A stretch of 64,000 nt of DNA from Lingula anatina (Eukaryota > Animalia > Brachiopoda). The position numbers and the translations under genes are program-made. Of this stretch, positions 23,501 to 36,000 are shown piece by piece (position 1 is the first letter of the stretch; every line of letters begins with the position of its first letter). The notes under the pieces are model-generated. The model was not told the DNA's origin, searched no databases, and saw only the letters and a list, made by a program, of their open reading frames with translations. The stretch is from NCBI GenBank assembly GCA_051362555.1, contig CM120642.1, forward strand, positions 4,712,001 to 4,776,000. Reading direction: 5' to 3'.

Positions 23501-26500
23501 AATGAACAAATATAACTAGGTTGTATTTGTACCTGGTAGGTGCCACACCCCCCAGTCTTCTGCCTGCACCACTTAGGAATGGATAGGAGCGGGAATCCAG
23601 CTTGTCCTCCAGGGCTTCCTGAAACATGTAGACAAGACAAAGCTTAGGAAACAGTGAATAGTAAATCAAGTGAAATGGTTGCACAAGATGGGTATGTATG
23701 TACTCATGATGGAGAAAGAAAGAAAGAAAGAAAGAAAGAGAGACAGAGAGAGGGATTCGAACAGAGTCATCTATTCTGCTTTTAAAGTTTTTTATCTGAA
23801 AAATAAGTGATTTTATGAAGAAATCCTTATTTTCTTTCCAACCTATAAAAGGGATACTATAAGCTCATAAATATTACTAACTTGTTTTATCAGAACCCCC
23901 CCCCCCCCCCCCAAAAAAAAAAAAAAAAAAAAAGTACAGAAAAGTAGGCAACTCTCTGCAATACAGTATGGCAATTACTTGATATTTTTTAAACATTTCA
24001 CTAAGTCCAGAGTTTTTCTTTAGAGTTTTTTAAAAAGATTTATCATTTTGTTTATTCACAAAAATCAACTTTGAAATTCTGATATGCTGAAAAGTTGGCT
24101 GGTAAAAAGGATTCTTTAATTTTAGAAAACAAACTGAAGTAACTTAACTAATAAACATCATCTGATAATGCAGGCTAGTCCACATTTTGATTCGGCTGAA
24201 GTATAAAATAACCCACGGGACTCACCTCCATCAGATCTTTGATATATGGTGTCCATCGAGACATCTGATACGTCTGCTCTGACACGCGCTCTCTTCTATT
24301 GTCAGGTTTGTACGGCTGCTGGGACTTGCGGCGACTTACCTTTAAAAACCATCAGAAGATTATCAAAACCACATTTATTAGAACAGAGTGAAGATGCAAT
24401 GATAAGGGATTCATACAATCTGCATGTTCCAAATTTTTGATTCCTTGAAATTGTATCTCATTCTGATAGATTCATCAAGATAGAAGTTGTGTGGATTACA
24501 CTAAAACTTGTTTAAAAAATGAAAAGAAAAATTTCAAATTATTCAGGCACATGGTATTAGTAAGTAAGACTAACAACATTCAAAGCTAGAAATTTACAAA
24601 ACTGAAAATGGACTGCACTTGACTCAATCACTATATAGACTTCCAACTTGCATCAGATAATACAAAAGTTCAAACAAACTGAAATAAACCTTTAGACAAG
24701 AACTGTCACATTTTTAGTTCTCTACACAAAAGATGATATACACCAGCAGCAGTTTCAGAAAGTCCAAGCTAAACAGAGTACAACATATATTACATTCACA
24801 TCTGAGCTACACAATACAATACAAATATATAAAATATGGTGACACCAGTTCCTACACACATGGTAACACTTCATACAAAAATACATCAAAAGTGAACTTC
24901 ACTAAAAACATCCAAGTCAACTAAACAAAGATGATATACATCCCAGATTTCCCTCTTTTGTTCAAACTACACGTCTCTAAGAAATGTTTCTATCTTCATC
25001 ATACTATTAAACTTGAAAATTTTTTTCATGAAAGTAGATCCCAATTTTATAAGTTATTAAGATAATTTACTATAGCTGACTTTTTAAAAAGTTGCCAGAA
25101 CAGATTCTTTCGTTAAATATAATATTGGAAGAAGGCACATGGAATCAGTTTAATACATACACTGGTACATGCAAAACACATAGACACATAACAAATCAAC
25201 ATCATTGAGACAAAAACAACAGGAAACAAATGAAAATAAAAGAGAAATGTACAGGGTCCAGTCTCACACAAGAAACTTTGTAGAGAGTTGACCTTGACAT
25301 AAGGACTGAAAAGTTCAATCTTCTCCAATCCCCCATGAATCTGTAATACTCCACTCTAGTAAAATAGCTGTTAGTCTTCAGGTTGAATGCACCATCCAAC
25401 TATAGCTCTTTTGTGAAACTGGCCCTAGGCCTGATCTAACAAGGACTACTTCAAACCGAAAATGGGTCCAAATTGCGTGCTTTAACAATCCGAGATACGA
25501 TGGGGTTAACGGACTGATTTACAGTTTAGGCAGTCCTTATTTGAAAACGCCCCTAAAACTGAATTTTGAGCATTGAATCTAAGCTGTATTATAAAGTTAT
25601 GTAACTTCAAAACTGAATGTATCCCAAAAACCAGCATATTGTAATTCTAAAAAAAAGTTTTCATACATAGAAACCCCACTCCACACATCCATTCCAGTTT
25701 AATATTGCATGCTTTTTGGATCCCAGTGTTAAATTAACCAAACAAGCAATCTGTCTTAAAATATGTAAATATCATATAATAAGATTTTTTATTCAAAACC
25801 TGTTAAATAATAAAACAAAAAGGTAAGTTAATGGCCATGTGCTGCCTGACTCTTCGATAGAACTCCCAGTTCAGATCACCTCTAAGAAACCCAATAGAGA
25901 TAAGTGATATACCATAAATAGCCATTTCCACATCTATAAAATGGAGATATTCCCAGACAAAAAAAAAAAAAAAAGGCTCATATCCCCAAATCATAACTAA
26001 CAGGTGTTTAGTAAGACAAGTGATGAAAGTAAAAGGATAACTGCCAATACCAAAGCAAATTTAACTTTTAAAAAGAGGGAAAAATAATTTGTATTGCCAA
26101 ATGGTTTTAAAGCTGTTTTTGCTGAGAACAACTTTAACCATTTTAGAATTCTTTACTTTTTTTTCCAGTTCAAATTGCTTTGTTATTGATAGTTCCATGA
26201 ACTTTGTCTCATGTGTAAAAAGTAAATGATAAATTTGCACACCCATATTATGTGAATCACAACAAAAATTTAACTTCTGCAGATAAATCGTTTCTCCTAA
26301 TGTGAATTAACCTGAATTTTTTATTTATAATGGGAGAAAATGATTCACCAAATGAAGATGCATATTTACCAGCAGTGGGGAAAATCTCTAAGAGGACACT
26401 AATAGAAAATGAATAAAAGGAAATATAGCTACTGAATAAAAAAAAAAATCAATTATGGTTGTAAAGCAACAATCACCAGCTCTAAAAGGTAACCATATAC

Positions 26501-29500
26501 AGTTGCTTGGCAACATAAACTGGTTACTTGGAAATTATCACCAGTTGCTAGGTAACCAAAATTGCCAGGCAACACAGTGGTAACCTAGTAACTGTTGCTA
26601 GAGATCTACCACCATGTATGTTTTTTTCTCACATACTTGGATGTTAGGCATGCCCAGATTCTGCATGTTGGACACAATACGTTTCCCATCCTGGGAGAGC
26701 TAGTTGAAAATGGAATAACATACAATCTAGAGGTATTTTTTAGTAAAAGGTGGACAGGTCTTAATGAAAACTACAAAAGGGCATAACACTGGGTACTGAC
26801 TGTTCATACAAAAGCTGTTTCATACAGTTGACCTCACCCCCTGTCAGAAAGCAGCCAATGTTCAAAGATATGGATTGGTAAATGTACACAACGTATCAAA
26901 AACAGTCACAAAATATAAAAACACGAATGGACAGATACACTACTAATGGTTCAGTATAACAAAATTTAAAATACCCAAGGTCTCTGTACAAGGGGTGATG
27001 TTTTTTTTTCTCTTTTTTTTTCATAAACAGTCCAAATGGGTAATATGGAAAACTAGCATAAGGCTGTTTGCCATGGACTTTAATACCTGTGGTTCAACTT
27101 ACATGTGCAGTCAATGAATGCTATAATGAGAGGTATAGATAAGCTTCAACCTATATTACACTAAGTAACAGATCACATTACTAATAAGCTCTACTACTCA
27201 CTCATAATAGTTTAGGATTAAGCAACTTTTGAACAGATATATTCTCCATAAGTAAAATATGTAGTAATCACTAAAGAAGTCTAATATTAATCAAACCTAG
27301 ACAGCAATGCTGTTAAATGAGCAGACAAAACCAGCTTGAAAGCATACTGAATATAAATAACATCAATATTGAATATTTATGGAATGTAAGTTACTAAATC
27401 AACTAGAGGATCAGAGAGGCGATACCGCCTCCGAATATTGTACCACCAGCTGGAGCAAGCGCATTCGTATAGACCCCCACATACACAAAATAAGGGGTGC
27501 AGCCACCAGTCTTGTGCTTGACAAGCTGTAAAAATGCAATCAACAAGAATTTTCAAAATATGCAAAAAATATATATAACTAAAAATGGTGCAATCAAAGT
27601 TAAGTTCATTGTAAGGTAGGTCAAAGGTCAATTTCAAGGTCACAGTAAATTGCCAGTATATGACTTCCTATCCAACTTCAATAGTAACTATGGACCTATC
27701 TCTGCCAGTTTTGGAGATAAAAGGGAAGCAAAATTTGCAAAGTTCAGTTCATGGTGAAAAGTAGGTCAAAGGTCAATTTCAAGGTCACAGTAAGATTGCC
27801 AGTATATGACTTCCTATTCAACTTCAATAGTAACTATGGACCTATCTCTGCCAGTTTTGGAGATAAAAGGGAAGCAAATTTTGCAAAGTTCAGTTCAAGG
27901 TGAAAAGTAGGTCAAAGGTCAATTTCAAGGTCACAGTAAAATTGCCAGTATATGACTTCCTATTCAAGTTCAATAGTAACTATGGACCTATCTCTGCCAG
28001 TTTTGGAGATAAAAGGGAAGCAAAATTTGCAAAGTTCAGTTCATGGTGATAAGTAGGTCAAAGGTCAATTTCAAGGTCACATTTAGATTGCCAGTATATG
28101 ACTTCCTATTCAACTTCAATAGTAACTATGGACCTATCTCTGCCAGTTTTGGAGATAAAAGGGAAGCAAAATTTGCAAAGTTCAGTTCATGGTGAAAAGT
28201 AGGTCAAAGGTCAATGTCAAGGTCACAGTAAGATTGCCAGTATATTACTTCCTATTCAACTTCAATAGTAACTATGGACCTATCTCTGCCAGTTTTGGAG
28301 ATATAAGGGACTAAATGTTATAATTTTGGAGTTACCATAATGTGCCATAAATTTCCTACAGAAAAAATTAATTAAAATAAAGAAAAGGTCATTTTGGTCA
28401 AAGTTCTTGAAATGGGAGGTTCTCTGAAGTTGCAGAAGTTTAAATTTGATAAAATAATGTCATTTTTGACCACAAGTTGTCTGCTTTGCCAAGCATTATG
28501 TTTTATTTTTCCGGAGTTCAAAATTTATTATCCATTACCGTACTGCACATTTTTACGGAAGCCGACTGGTGCCATATGTTGAAAAAAAAAATTATCTCGA
28601 AATTTCAAGATAGCATTTTTTTTGTTCAAATTTCAAAATACTATCTCGAAATTTCGAGATAAATTTTTTTGCTCAAATATCAAAATGCTATCTCGAAATT
28701 TCGAGATAATTTTTTTTTTGTTCAAATTTCAAAATGCTATCTCGAAATTTCGAGATAAAAATTTTTTTTGTTCAAATTTCAAAATAGTATCTCGAAATTT
28801 CGAGATAATTTTTTTTTCTACATATGGCACCAGTCGGCTTCCGTACATTTTCCTTTCACCACCAATATGTACTTTCTGATACAGCGTAACTCGAAAACCG
28901 TATGGAATACAAAAAAACCGAGACCACCTCCAGTGTTGGGCTTTACATGCTCTACAAAATGAATGAAAAAGAATGGGTCTCTAGCATTAACGGTTCCCGA
29001 ATTAGAGACAGTTTTCAGTTTCGGTATCTTATGGCCGCTACTCCTGTGAAAATGCACCGATTGACCCCAAATTCACGGAGATGAAAGATGACCTGAAGGG
29101 TAACACTTTCCAATAATATTATTGGTTAAGTCTGTGTGGCGTCTGAATAACAGGGCAAAAAATTTTTTTTTCATAAAAAATTTCATTTTTTTGAAAATTT
29201 TGACCCATTTGACCTTGAAGTAAAGGTCAAAGGTCAAATCCGAGGGTATATTTGAAATCTACACATATGACTTTTGGAAAGCCGTCTATAGAAATTTTTC
29301 CCGTAACTCCTTCTGTAGGGTAGATAATTAGCATTTAATTTTGCCATTTTTAGACAAGGGTGCATTGCAATGAGTGCCACACCCAGACCCCAATACCGAC
29401 AAAGCCCAAATTTTACGTGGAACGAGTTGAGATTATAGGTGACCTAAATCCATGAGATGGGTACGGGGGCCCTTACCGTCTAGGAGGAGAAGCGGTAACG

Positions 29501-32500
29501 GTAACATGGCGGCGGAGCCGGCGGAACGGACCGGACGGGACCGAAACCATGTGTACCGCCAGCGCTAACGCTGGTGGTAAATTTTTTTGTTCAAATTTCA
29601 AAATAGTATCTCGAAATTTCGAGATAATTTTTTTTTCTACATATGGCACCAGTGGGCTTCCGTACATTTTCCTTTCACCACCAATATGTACTTTTTGATA
29701 CAGCGTAACTCGAAAACCGTATGGAATACAAAAAAACCGAGACCACCTCCAGTGTTGGGCTTTACATGCTCTACAAAATGCAAAAAAGAATGGGTCTCTA
29801 GCATTAACGGTTCCCGAATTAGAGACAGTTTTCAGTTTCGGTATCTTATGGCCGCTACTCCTGTGAAAATGCACCGATTGACCCCAAATTCACGGAGATG
29901 AAAGATGACCTGAAGGGTAACACTTTCCAATAATATTATTGGTTAAGTCTGTGTGGTGTCTGAATAACAGGGCAAAAAATTTTTTTTTCGTAAAAAATTT
30001 CATTTTTTTGAAAATTTTGGCCCATTTGACCTTGAAGTAAAGGTCAAAGGTCAAATCCGAGGGTATATTTGAAATCTACACATATGACTTTTGGAAAGCC
30101 GTCTGTAGAAATTTTTCCCGTAACTCCTTCCGTAGGGTAGATAATTAGCATTTAATTTTGCCATTTTTGGACAAGGGTGCATTGCAATGAGTGCCACACC
30201 CAGACCCCAATACCGACAAAGCCCAAATTTTACGTGGAACGAGTTGAGATTATAGGTGACCTAAATCCATGAGATGGGTATGGGGGGCCTTACCGTCTAG
30301 GAGGAGAAGCGGTAACGGTAGCCGTCCGGCGGAGCCGGCGGAACGATCCGGACGAGACCGAAACCATGTGTACCGCCAGCGCTAACGCTGGTGGTACAAT
30401 TAATGTTACAATGTGGTTATGGAATTGAACATATAGTAGCTTAAAATTGAGTTAATCTAAATAGAAAAACAAACAATAAAATGAAAGATTAGATTGGCAC
30501 TTTCAATTTCCATTGAATATGTTGATGTACAGACATGCCAAAATGTCTGCACATAAGAATAATAATAATAATAATAATGCAATTATTTGTCTAAAAATGA
30601 GAAAAAAAATAGTAAAAGCGAACAAGCCCACAAAAACAAAAAGAGACAGACAAACAAATTGACTTTAGTTAGGAGATTAAAAAGTACCTCTGGGATTAAG
30701 ATTTAAATTAAAAGGGACAAGTTTATTAATAAAATTATTCTAATGTAAATTTTCCACTGTTGTTATTTATACAGTTAGTTTCTAAAGATAGTTTTTAAAA
30801 AAAGGATGGTTATACATTCCTTCAAAAATATTATATTTGGTTCTTTGAAAATGCAAACTTTCTAAAAAGAGCACTAATTGTACAGTCTGGGATGTTCTGA
30901 ATAACTTGGTAATGGGGACAAACACTGATACAATCTTTAGGCTAAACAGGTTCATAAATTAATGTAAATTTAGGTAAGATCTAAGAAGTGTACTTCTATG
31001 GAATAAGACAACTCATTTTAGTTGAGAACGTAGCACACGCCCATGATTTTTAAAACTAAATTCCTTTAAACATTTCATAAATATTTAAAAAATATTCCTA
31101 AAAGTTGTTAATTATACTAAATGGCTTGATTGGGAAGCAATAAAGGAAGTTACTGTCCAACACTACCTGCATGACAACATTCCATGAGATTTTCACTATG
31201 TAAGATGACACATTATAAACTATATTGTGCTAGGTATAACAGTGTTTGATTGTTATTGCAGTAGGTGTGAGGCAGCCCAGAGAATTTACATTGTGTTTTC
31301 CTTACAGTGTATTGGGTTCTTATTGCATTTGACGTGACAAAGCTTTGTGAGACAGTTTTTTTTGAGATTGTGTTGGGGTACAATAGTTTTTTTCAGTGGA
31401 TGGAGGGGGCAGGGAAAAGGTGATTAAAAAAGCTGAATCAGCAAAGTTTGCTGTAGAGGTTTTGAACTAAGTGTTAGCTACCACACAGCACACTACTGTT
31501 CCTTACTGTAGTAAAGGAGGTCTATGGAGGAAGTAAAAAGAGAAATAACTTTAAAATTGTTATCTTCAGAAACAATTTTCAATCATAAAATATGCTTACC
31601 TACTATATTACATTATATCAGCTATTTACCTTTTCTTAATTTGAAGTGTTTTAAAGTTTGAGAATTATTTACTAAATGTAGTTACTTCTGTGGTGCAATA
31701 CTTTTAATATCTTCAATATTCTAACATCAATATTTCTATGCAGGCAAAGGGATGCTGTATTTGAAAATACCATAATCTCTCAAAAGGTTTTATAAATATA
31801 TATACATGGTTAGCATGACAAAAATAACAGAACTTGGTACAATATCAAGTTCAACATTAAAAAAATATATATTCATTATATGGATGAACAAACAACTTTT
31901 TTCATCACAACTTTACAAACAGCACAATGACAGCAAAATCAATCAATTTATGCTATAACATTAGCAAACAAATACTTAAATAAGAACTGAGTGATAAAAA
32001 CAAATCTACAACTTCAAAAATGCTTTTCAAAAAAAGTAGTAGAGTAGAAGTTGAATAAGGCTAACTTTAATGTTAAACAGTTAAGAGTTAGATAAAGGCT
32101 TAAGATAAAGATCTTTATCTATTTCAATTCTTAGTATTCAAGTGTTCGAAAAAAGTTAACTTGACAAAATATTCACACTTTTCACACAAACATACAGCTA
32201 AACTGGGTCCACCATTATTTCAGTATTTAATCTACATTTTAGTAATTCTATTTCCAATTCGGAATCAGATGATGGCAGTGTATCTTTACTTAACAAATCT
32301 CATCTATTAACTGAAAAATTGTGTCCAGTTTTTGCTACAAAGAAAGTATGACTGCCTTTTAATAATTCTCTAAATAAATCCAACTTTAAAAAAATCTTTC
32401 ATAATCTTGGTGAATTTGCAATGACAAAAGATCCTGGGCTTTTGGAAAAAAGTAAGCCACTCACACAAAATAATCTGTCAACATTTAGTAACTAGCCATA

Positions 32501-32965
32501 GCAATTTTAAAAAACCGCATACAAGCCATCCTCTTAAATTCATTCTTTGAAATGGCTTCTTTCTTATTCTGAAACAATAGCTGACCCAAGAGATAAAAAA
32601 ACAAACAAATAAACAATCAAAACAAACATTCACACTTCTAGAGACATTAACATCAAAACTGTACCACATGGACTTACTTTCCTACTTTGCTAAAGTAAGG
32701 AGAGTAGCAAATAGCATAGGTTATCAACAGACTGTTAAAACATAATAATGCAAATCTCAAATATGTTGACTCCTTGGTTTGAACCCGGAATCCGAATTCA
32801 ACAAAATACAGGCAAACAGTGCAGTAAATTACAAGCCATAAACAAATTAAAAGAAAATTTTTAATAATTGATCAACCAGCAACATATAATCTAAAACACC
32901 AGTGGCATTTCTAAAACTTGATGTGTTACATTTTCTCTCGATCTCTAAAGCACTACTTTATCAAA

Positions 32966-33004
<39 letters not shown>

Positions 33005-36000
33005 AAATTAGTTGAAAGTGGATTCAATTTTTTACTATAAATTTGGTAAATTTTAAGCAAGATTAAATCTTTCTCCTCAAACAAACTGTCAGTTAAAAAC
33101 ATAGACTAAATCATACTTTATATTTTACTTCAAAGAAAATACAAATATTCTCAGAGATATGGCTTATGACTTAATCATTTTTGATCAAAATGAATTACAA
33201 TTTTTTTTCAGTCTTAAAGTTAAAATCAGCTTTCAACTTCAAATTGTTCCAGGAACGGACCCACAGTGTACATATACATAAGATATGTACATGTCATATC
33301 TACCCATGTGCATATCTAACCAATCTGTGAAACAGTTCTACATAATGCACTTCTGCATCTTTTGCAGGAGCTTCAGCATCACTTCCAAACAGAGAGTTAA
33401 GTTTCAGCTTTCATTACAAATCTACAAATTCAATTAAATCAATATACTCTGTCTCACGTCACTTTCCAGTTGACTTGCAAAGTAAGAGGTTATAAACAAG
33501 CTAGCTGTCGCAGTTGCTAGTAATGTCATTTTCCAATCCTTGCATGATAACACAAGTCAAAAATGAAAGATATTGGGCCTGAGCCACATATTTCATTCCA
33601 TATGTGGGAGTTAGATGACCAGTACTAAGGGCTGGTAGTAAATTATAAGTTGACAGGGCTATCATGTCCCATTTGTCAAAAATACTGGCATATATATATA
33701 TTTTTTTTTTTTCATTTTAAATTTCTTTTTTCCATTTGCAGAAATTGCTCTGTCACTGGTGCCTGATGCTGTAGCCCTTTTTATAACCACCTGCTTTCTC
33801 AAATTTTACATGGAATAATTTGTCTATTGCTAGGTGCAAGAACTAGTACAGCTATTGTGGTGGAAGAATCCCAATTAAAAGTGTTTTCATGGCTAACCAA
33901 TAAATAAGACTTCTCAGGTGGTGAGGAGACCCTTACCAAGAGCTAAGAGGAACATCCCCTAGTCTTAAATCCAAGGCATGGCAGACTCTGCAAAACTCGT
34001 TTACCTCAACCAAATTTTCATATTTTTTTGTACTATATTAGATGAAATCAATAAGAACATTAGCCAACTTGATCATATTATGTGTAGTCTCAAAGTGTCT
34101 GAGCAATTCAGAGTCTGCTGTATCTCTATAATATGCATTTCATGCATATGTGTCAAGTTTCTTAGTTGTTGTACTTACGTCCTGGATGATAGGGACTCCC
34201 AAGTTCTGCATGTTAGTGATGATTCCTTTCTCCTCATCTGGAATGCCTGCGTGCTGGACCAGCTTCTTCAGGTTCTCATCAGATATTCCTACAGTAACAT
34301 AGCCAACATTATTGTCCAAGTAAAAATATAAACAAGGAAGCAAAGCAGTCAAATGTACAGGCATAAACAAGAAATAAATAACAATGACAAAGCAACGAGT
34401 AGGGTTTTTGTCTATTTTGATGCAATATCACATAATGCTTTACCGTCAACACCTATTTTTAACCATGTACCATAGGTAAAATGGGCATTAAGAAAATGTA
34501 ACTTGCATGCCCACTTTTGAGCATTACCAGCATTAAAAGACAATGAGTAAATTCTTCGAGTTTGAATCAAAACAGCAACAGTTACTGCAGTGGAAAGAAA
34601 AAAGACACTTCTATTAACCAACCCACCCCACCTTCAGGCCTGCAGGTTCACAGCATGCTAACACAAAAATGACAAAGCATTGTACCTCCTTTATGGATGA
34701 TGTAGAGCAGTATGATCCTGATCTTATCATTTGTGGTGACATTCTGATCCAGCAGAATAGGAACAATGTTTCTCATGTGGTCCTTTATCTTTTCTCCCTC
34801 AGCATCTGTGCCCATAGCCAAGTCCTGGTTAAATGAAACAAATACATATTAAAGATGTTAAAAGATAGATCTCTATTTCATTATTTTTCTGTTTGGATAC
34901 ACGGGCTGTTTTATCTATTGATCTATTTATTTATTTAATCACCCTGTGCCCAACAAACATAAAATCTGTTTTTATTCCACTATTTTTTCTATTCTTTTTA
35001 TCATTTATTCATTTGTCTACTCATTTATTAATCATTCATATATTTCATTACTTACTTATTTAATTATTCATTTATTTTTTTTTGTTTATATCAAATTATT
35101 GTAAAAAGGCCCGGAGGCCTTATATACAGTGAAATAAACTAAAAGTTAATCTATTTATCTATAAAATATCATTCATTCATTCATCCATTCATTTATTCAT
35201 TCACTTATTCATTCCTTCATTTATTTCCTTACCTGTTCCACCTTGCACAGTTTGTCCACATTGCCCTGGTACTGTTTCATACAGTCCTCCGCCAGGTGGA
35301 GGTGGGTGGAGTAGCGAGCCAGCTCCTTCTGGTACTGAGGCATTTTCTTCAACATCTGGGACAGATCACGCATCGTGGTGGTGGACTTGCCAGACTCTGT
35401 GGTCACCATCCTCTTCTCTGTGGCAAACTTCTTCAGGTTCTTAGTCACAGCCCTGAAAAGAATATATTCCATATTTGTTTTTCAATTGAATCTTGTTATA
35501 TTTATTTATTAGAGTTTAAATTAATCAATCCCTGGTTTAATAAATGTTGAAAATACACAAAAAAGTTTTTCTTAATTCATCGAAAATGCTTGGTGGTAAT
35601 ATCAGATAAGATTTGGTTGTATGGCTTTTAGAGACATTGTTTTTGAAATGTGATTGTGATTAAAATGTAATTTTTTTAAAATAAGGTTGTTTGATATTTT
35701 CATGAATAATACACAATATAACAATTATGTCATGCAAAGGTTGCAAGGTAAACTATGTATATATACATATTTTAATGAATAGTAAAAACAAATAACAGTT
35801 AACAATGCATTTTATGTTGTTACTGTACTACCAGGGTACATGAAATGACTGTGTATGTGCATGCTTGTGTCTGTTCTCACAATATTTAGAATAAAAGCAT
35901 TCACAGTTTTCCTTTTTAAATCTCTGTTTAAAACATTTCTTGGTGAACACAGCATGCTGCATAAAGGTATGGTAAGCATTTCAGGAGAGGAAAAATCTAG

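Larger units (their letters stand above)
27401..30399 (-). mobile_element. HINE-like element copy 2 in Munc18 intron 12, with a duplicated 5' end
   Basis: Reverse complement of the copy 1 ends: aactag...gaggcgataccgcctc...ttgtaccaccagc at 27401-27450 and gctggtggtacaa ending 30399; five 146-bp units; TT flanks. Confidence 0.85.

Noticed and set aside
24742-25881. Additional AG..GT segments in Munc18 intron 12 (24742-24768, about 24940-24976, 25851-25881)
   Set aside because: Weak donors (gtatat, gtcagg) or frameshifts/stops; indistinguishable from chance without RNA data.
28593-28810. Palindromic 20-bp repeats with spacers, CRISPR-like in appearance
   Set aside because: The spacers are near-identical to each other and the array lies within TIRs and a TSD, so it is a MITE interior.
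34632-34639. Possible 8-nt exon (cag|GCCTGAAG|gtggg) that could bridge exon 11 to the 63-nt duplicate exon
   Set aside because: It would need a 46-nt upstream intron and would delete a conserved helix; too speculative.
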